The translations under genes were made by a program, and so were the position numbers. A stretch of 64,000 nucleotides of DNA from the IMG/VR virus record IMGVR_UViG_3300021138_000015. The stretch is one strand, 5' to 3'. How positions within the stretch are numbered: the stretch's first letter is position 1; the number at the start of each line of letters is the position of its first letter. The stretch is from an uncultured virus (IMG/VR IMGVR_UViG_3300021138_000015) (taxonomy: Duplodnaviria > Heunggongvirae > Uroviricota > Caudoviricetes). Below are positions 60,166 to 64,000 of the stretch, piece by piece. The notes beneath the pieces are model-generated. The model saw nothing but the letters and a program-made list of their open reading frames with translations. It was not told the DNA's origin and searched no databases.

Positions 60166-60171
60166 TATTTA
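60166..60171 (-). promoter_or_regulatory. putative late promoter core TAAATA
   Basis: TAAATA-TACAAT-ATG(60159). Confidence 0.4.
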
Positions 60172-60181
60172 ATTGATTAAT

Positions 60182-62989
60182 TTAAGCAAAAGAAATATCC
60201 TCGCCTATTGCTACTTCGGGTCCTGAGTCTGTGATGGCCGCAAGATCTGTTGTGTCTGCGTCTGATATTCCATCGTCAGTTGGGTCATTGTATAAATCAC
60301 TGGTATCATCAAAAACCTGTGAGTCACTGGTGCTGTCATCTAAGGCCTCTGGTGGAGCATTTTCCTCAGCAAACGGATCTAGTGGGAGATCTTCAAGACT
60401 TGGTATATCAGATATATTGTTAAGTAAGGAACCAGAAATTTTAGGATTATTGGCCAGTGCAGATTTTGCAACAGGTTTAACCGGATCTTCCTGGCGAGTT
60501 CGGTCTGTGCCTTTGGTGCGCAGATCTTCTGCTTGGTTTGGTTCTCTTACCATTTCTAAAGTTTGTGTAAATCGACCCTGACGAAACTCTGAATCTACTA
60601 CAAGTATTCTATAAAGACCGCTGAATGCCGAAGTTGTTTCGGTATTGTTATAGTAGCTTAGTCCTTTGCCGGTAGTGTCAATATCTGCTGGTGTTTTAAA
60701 AGTTACTCTACAATAAACTGCACCGGCGTCCATGTTTAGACTGCTGCCTGTGTCTGAAGAAACCCGAGCGCCACCCGGAGTATAACCTTTTGATTCGGGC
60801 GTGAAAAATATATCGTCTTGTTTAATAAAATCGGGATCACCAACTATCTGTAGTTTTAAATGTAGCATGTCTCCACTTAGTTGGCTATATACACTGTCTT
60901 TAAAACTCTGTGCGTTTTGTTTATCTCCGTCTTTGATAGCACCAGCAGTACTGTTATTGGTGTTGTTAATTACTGCTTCTTGCATAGTTGGCAACACTTC
61001 GTAACCGGTTTTTTTGGCACTCTTGCCCGCAGGAGGACTGATAGTCTGCGACTTTGGTGTTAGACCCGTATCTTCTTTGTTCTTTTTATTGACCTGTATG
61101 GCTGTAAAAAATAGTGCGTTAAAATCCATATCAAAATTAATAACATCACGATTTTTTCCAGTGTATAAAAAATCGTATTCTTTAACCGGCGGTGGCAAAG
61201 TTGAAATTGGAGCTCGCTCGTCACGCATGTTATAGTGTATGTAAGGTCTAATATAATAGGTAATCTTTTTAGCCCAGGTTTGTCGTGTGCTGTCAAATCC
61301 AGCAAGTTCGACTTTTGGAACAATTCGATACCAGTAAATCTGTTTTGCACCCAAGGCTGTGACTATACTGTCAGGATTGTTAGTGGTTGCAGTTTTTGAT
61401 TCTGCATTGGTCAATTGATTCAGTATATAACTGCTGTTGGTAATCACAGTATCAACAACTGATTGTATACTAGTACCAGCATTAATAGCAAATGTTCCTG
61501 AGTTAAGTTGGTTAATGGGCGCACTGGCAGTGGTAGCCGATAGTGTAGGGTCATTGCTTCTGACCGCAGTATTTTTTCCAGCAGCACCTTGGCTGGTCAT
61601 TGTAGTTTTTTTAGCGTCTGTTTTAAAACTTAAAGTTGCTGAACCCAATAGTGGAACTCCGACTAAGCCCACTGTTGATCCTTCTTGTATTACAAACGAA
61701 ATCTGATCGGCCTGTGACATGGCCTGTCCTGATTTTTGCAAAGAACCAAACCAGGCGTTGTAGGCCGCTGCAAATCCATTACTGGTTTTAATTGAAGGTG
61801 GAGGTGTTGTATTTTTTGTTTCTGTGGTTCCTCCCGGGGTTCTAACAGCAGAATTTGCGCCAGTTGCATCGGGTTGTGTTACTGCCTGTGCATTTCCTGG
61901 AGGGTCTTGATACGCACCAGGATCTAGTTCTCCGCTGGTGGCCACTTGATTTTGAACATCTACTCTTATAGCATCATCTTGAATCTGTGTTTTTGCTGCC
62001 GTAACCGATGCTGTAGTTGAAGCATCAGCTGATCTGTTGTTTAAAAAATCACTGACTGTGGTAGCAACAATTTCAACCTGTACCGGTACTGCCTGTGTAG
62101 TAGAAAAATTAGCCTGATGCCCAAACGGCACGGCTTCGATCTGATATTCTGTGCCTCTTACGCCGGCTCGCATTTTCATATTGATTAATCTGATAGGTAT
62201 GCGTTTGGTTAGATTTGAAAGTGCGGCTGGGTTACCAGAATCATCATAGCCAAAAAAATCTAACTGTAACACATACGGAATAACAAGATAATTTTCTATT
62301 CGTAGTGTATTTTCAGTAAGATCCAATAGTCTATTGATCAAGGTCATGCCATAAGGCTCAATGATAGTAAAACTTAAATTCACCGCATTTGATGCTTTAT
62401 TCTGAGCATTCATGCCTATTACAGTTTTCATTTTAAAATCTTCAAAATAAAAATCATCTTTAAAGTATTTGCTACGTGTATCGTGAAATCTGCTGGCTGA
62501 ACTGATCAAGGTGGCGGTATATTTGAGATTTTTAGGGTCAGCCAACAGTTCTGAATAGGCATTAGAATCTAGTGCGTGTAAAGTCAAACCATATGTATAA
62601 CCCGGATAGTTGTGTAATATGTTATCTAAGGTATTGCCAGTAGAAGTAGTACTGGTTGAAGAAGTGCTAGTTGCTTTAGTATTAATCGAGCCATCTTCGG
62701 CATTGGCAGTACTGGGATTTGACGTCAGTGATGCTTGTTGCGCTGGGTCTGGAGTATAAGGAACTGCTTCGCCTTCACTGTCCCAAGCATTAGGATTGTA
62801 AGGGTCAATGTTGGCGGCTTCGGTATCTGTTATTGCAGGTGTTCCACTAGGAACTGCTGTGCCGGTATTTTGTGTTTGTGCTGTGGCTAAACTACTGGTA
62901 GGATCTAACTCAGGACTATTTGGGGGTATTTCATTGACTACGGCATCTATGGCTGTATTTGATGAAGCTGTATCAGAAAAATCTGCCAT
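60182..62989 (-). CDS. baseplate hub protein (gp27/gp44-like) with acidic low-complexity termini
   Basis: F.IIEPYG, KEYDFLYTGKN.D..FD, L.IVGDP, SGLYRI..V.S.F..G.FTQ.L; lies upstream of the gp5-like gene. Confidence 0.65.
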   Translation of the reverse strand: MADFSDTASSNTAIDAVVNEIPPNSPELDPTSSLATAQTQNTGTAVPSGTPAITDTEAANIDPYNPNAWDSEGEAVPYTPDPAQQASLTSNPSTANAEDGSINTKATSTSSTSTTSTGNTLDNILHNYPGYTYGLTLHALDSNAYSELLADPKNLKYTATLISSASRFHDTRSKYFKDDFYFEDFKMKTVIGMNAQNKASNAVNLSFTIIEPYGMTLINRLLDLTENTLRIENYLVIPYVLQLDFFGYDDSGNPAALSNLTKRIPIRLINMKMRAGVRGTEYQIEAVPFGHQANFSTTQAVPVQVEIVATTVSDFLNNRSADASTTASVTAAKTQIQDDAIRVDVQNQVATSGELDPGAYQDPPGNAQAVTQPDATGANSAVRTPGGTTETKNTTPPPSIKTSNGFAAAYNAWFGSLQKSGQAMSQADQISFVIQEGSTVGLVGVPLLGSATLSFKTDAKKTTMTSQGAAGKNTAVRSNDPTLSATTASAPINQLNSGTFAINAGTSIQSVVDTVITNSSYILNQLTNAESKTATTNNPDSIVTALGAKQIYWYRIVPKVELAGFDSTRQTWAKKITYYIRPYIHYNMRDERAPISTLPPPVKEYDFLYTGKNRDVINFDMDFNALFFTAIQVNKKNKEDTGLTPKSQTISPPAGKSAKKTGYEVLPTMQEAVINNTNNSTAGAIKDGDKQNAQSFKDSVYSQLSGDMLHLKLQIVGDPDFIKQDDIFFTPESKGYTPGGARVSSDTGSSLNMDAGAVYCRVTFKTPADIDTTGKGLSYYNNTETTSAFSGLYRILVVDSEFRQGRFTQTLEMVREPNQAEDLRTKGTDRTRQEDPVKPVAKSALANNPKISGSLLNNISDIPSLEDLPLDPFAEENAPPEALDDSTSDSQVFDDTSDLYNDPTDDGISDADTTDLAAITDSGPEVAIGEDISFA

Positions 62990-62992
62990 AGT

Positions 62993-63298
62993 TTAAAGCC
63001 CTAGGTCTGAGGTTAACGTTGCTTTATTAGGAATGTATATGGTAGTACCGGCACGGAAGTCCAGCAGTGGATCTTCAATTGTGTTAGGATTGCGAGCAGC
63101 AAATACCCACCATAGTCCTGAATCGCCATATAGGTCAAAGGCCAACATGTCGGGTCTAAACTGATAGATAGAATTTATAGTATAAACTACATCATCGGGT
63201 TTGGTAGTAATGGGCCTATATGATAGAATGTCAAGGAAAGGCCCAAAGCTACTGGTAGTATAGTATGCGCTATTTTTTTTGTAAGTAGGTGTGGACAT
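62993..63298 (-). CDS. baseplate wedge subunit, gp53/LysM-like
   Basis: RPD.LA..LYGD..LWWVFA.RN...G..IYIP. Confidence 0.8.
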   Translation of the reverse strand: MSTPTYKKNSAYYTTSSFGPFLDILSYRPITTKPDDVVYTINSIYQFRPDMLAFDLYGDSGLWWVFAARNPNTIEDPLLDFRAGTTIYIPNKATLTSDLGL

Positions 63299-64000
63299 TA
63301 TAAGAATCCTGCTGTATCTTTACTGCCTGGGTTACCTAACAGTGCTCCACTGGCAAATTTATTTAGACTAAAATTGTCGTATACATTACGACGACTGTAT
63401 ACTGGCTGTAGAGTAACCTGTAGTTGACTGCTAGTAGGTAACCTTACTGTGCCGGTACTACTTGTGGGATTCTGATTAGGATTATTAGTAGTTCCAGTGT
63501 TTGTAGGTATTTCTAAATAGTCAACATTATCAGGCATGGTGTGTTGGAACGAGGTAATTACACAGCTGACATGTGGCAAATAATATTGCCCATACCCGTC
63601 TAAGAATACAATTGGCGGTGGATTACCTGCAGTATCAGTTTTTTCCTGTGTGCCAAAAAACATTTTAGTACAGGTTCTAAAAAAGTATATGGCATCCAGT
63701 AGATACTGCCCTTCAGTGACATTTTGTACAGTAAATTCGCCAGCAATGGTAATTGCTGCCACATCTGAGCCTTCGTAAAAGTAATTTTTATAATTGCTGT
63801 GTGTCAGTGCCTGTTCTTGATATCTAGCATTGTGCGTAATTGTCACTGTAGGAATGTAGGGAAATATTACACCATTGGTTTTATCAATCAAGGTGTTCTT
63901 GCCAAATATAGGCGAAGCCAACAATGGACTTTGGCTTGGTAAGCTGATACGTATGCGCCAATCTTTTTCTTTAGGAGTTCCGGCAACAGTATTAATATTA
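63298..64000 (-). CDS. tail tube initiator/baseplate protein (gp48/gp54-like), 5'-truncated by the window edge
   Basis: The frame stays open past 63924 to the window end (…KDWRIRISL…); FPY.P, HSNY, G.PPP, GYG...P. Confidence 0.65.
   Translation of the reverse strand, partial: NINTVAGTPKEKDWRIRISLPSQSPLLASPIFGKNTLIDKTNGVIFPYIPTVTITHNARYQEQALTHSNYKNYFYEGSDVAAITIAGEFTVQNVTEGQYLLDAIYFFRTCTKMFFGTQEKTDTAGNPPPIVFLDGYGQYYLPHVSCVITSFQHTMPDNVDYLEIPTNTGTTNNPNQNPTSSTGTVRLPTSSQLQVTLQPVYSRRNVYDNFSLNKFASGALLGNPGSKDTAGFL

Noticed and set aside
274..62996. Many short ORFs (about 60-140 aa) in the track that are antisense to or nested in larger genes (e.g. 8657..8914, 15608..16033, 34042..34464, 60231..60581)
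   Set aside because: They lie within well-supported genes and have no recognisable motifs, so they are treated as shadow ORFs.
1..64000. Stop-codon reassignment (seen in some large phages)
   Set aside because: Very long ORFs and near-complete coding density under the standard code; TAA, TAG and TGA all terminate recognisable genes.
53036..64000. Bacterial T6SS/eCIS/tailocin locus
   Set aside because: The T4-like wedge genes, multiple fibres, late-promoter motifs, and phage-type small ORFs with thyX and DHFR fit a lytic myovirus better.
1..64000. tRNA, rRNA, introns or inteins
   Set aside because: Intergenic gaps are under about 85 bp and AT-rich, with no cloverleaf evident. I noticed no interrupted genes or intein motifs. 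A tRNAscan/Infernal run would be needed to be certain.

Overview
A gene-dense, AT-rich 64-kb fragment of a large T4-like/jumbo myovirus, read with the standard genetic code. It has three blocks. (1) 1-6638, + strand: small hypothetical genes, dihydrofolate reductase, an SGNH-like protein, ThyX, an NDP-sugar epimerase/dehydratase and a DegT-type sugar aminotransferase. (2) 6635-32636, mostly - strand: a biosynthetic/tailoring island. It holds five radical SAM enzymes with an N-terminal twitch domain, four GT10-like 'TEK...F.ESYD' proteins, several GT-A-fold proteins, three more SGNH proteins, a NodU/CmcH carbamoyltransferase, a hexapeptide acyltransferase, an HxGH nucleotidyltransferase, an APS-kinase-like/DUF2061 fusion and a 1465-aa protein with 12 tandem W/P/Y-rich repeats. 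Twenty-five of these genes (32636->12679) overlap at every junction, downstream of a near-consensus sigma70-type promoter. (3) 32681-64000, - strand: a contractile-tail baseplate/fibre module (gp48/54-, gp53-, gp27-, gp5-, gp25- and gp6-like genes, a 4227-aa wedge protein and several fibres), with (A)TAAATA late-promoter-like motifs. The best candidate for an undescribed system is block 2. I infer a phage-encoded glycan synthesis and radical-SAM tailoring pathway, probably decorating the virion, but its product and target are unknown. All family calls come from motifs read by eye; no database searches were run.
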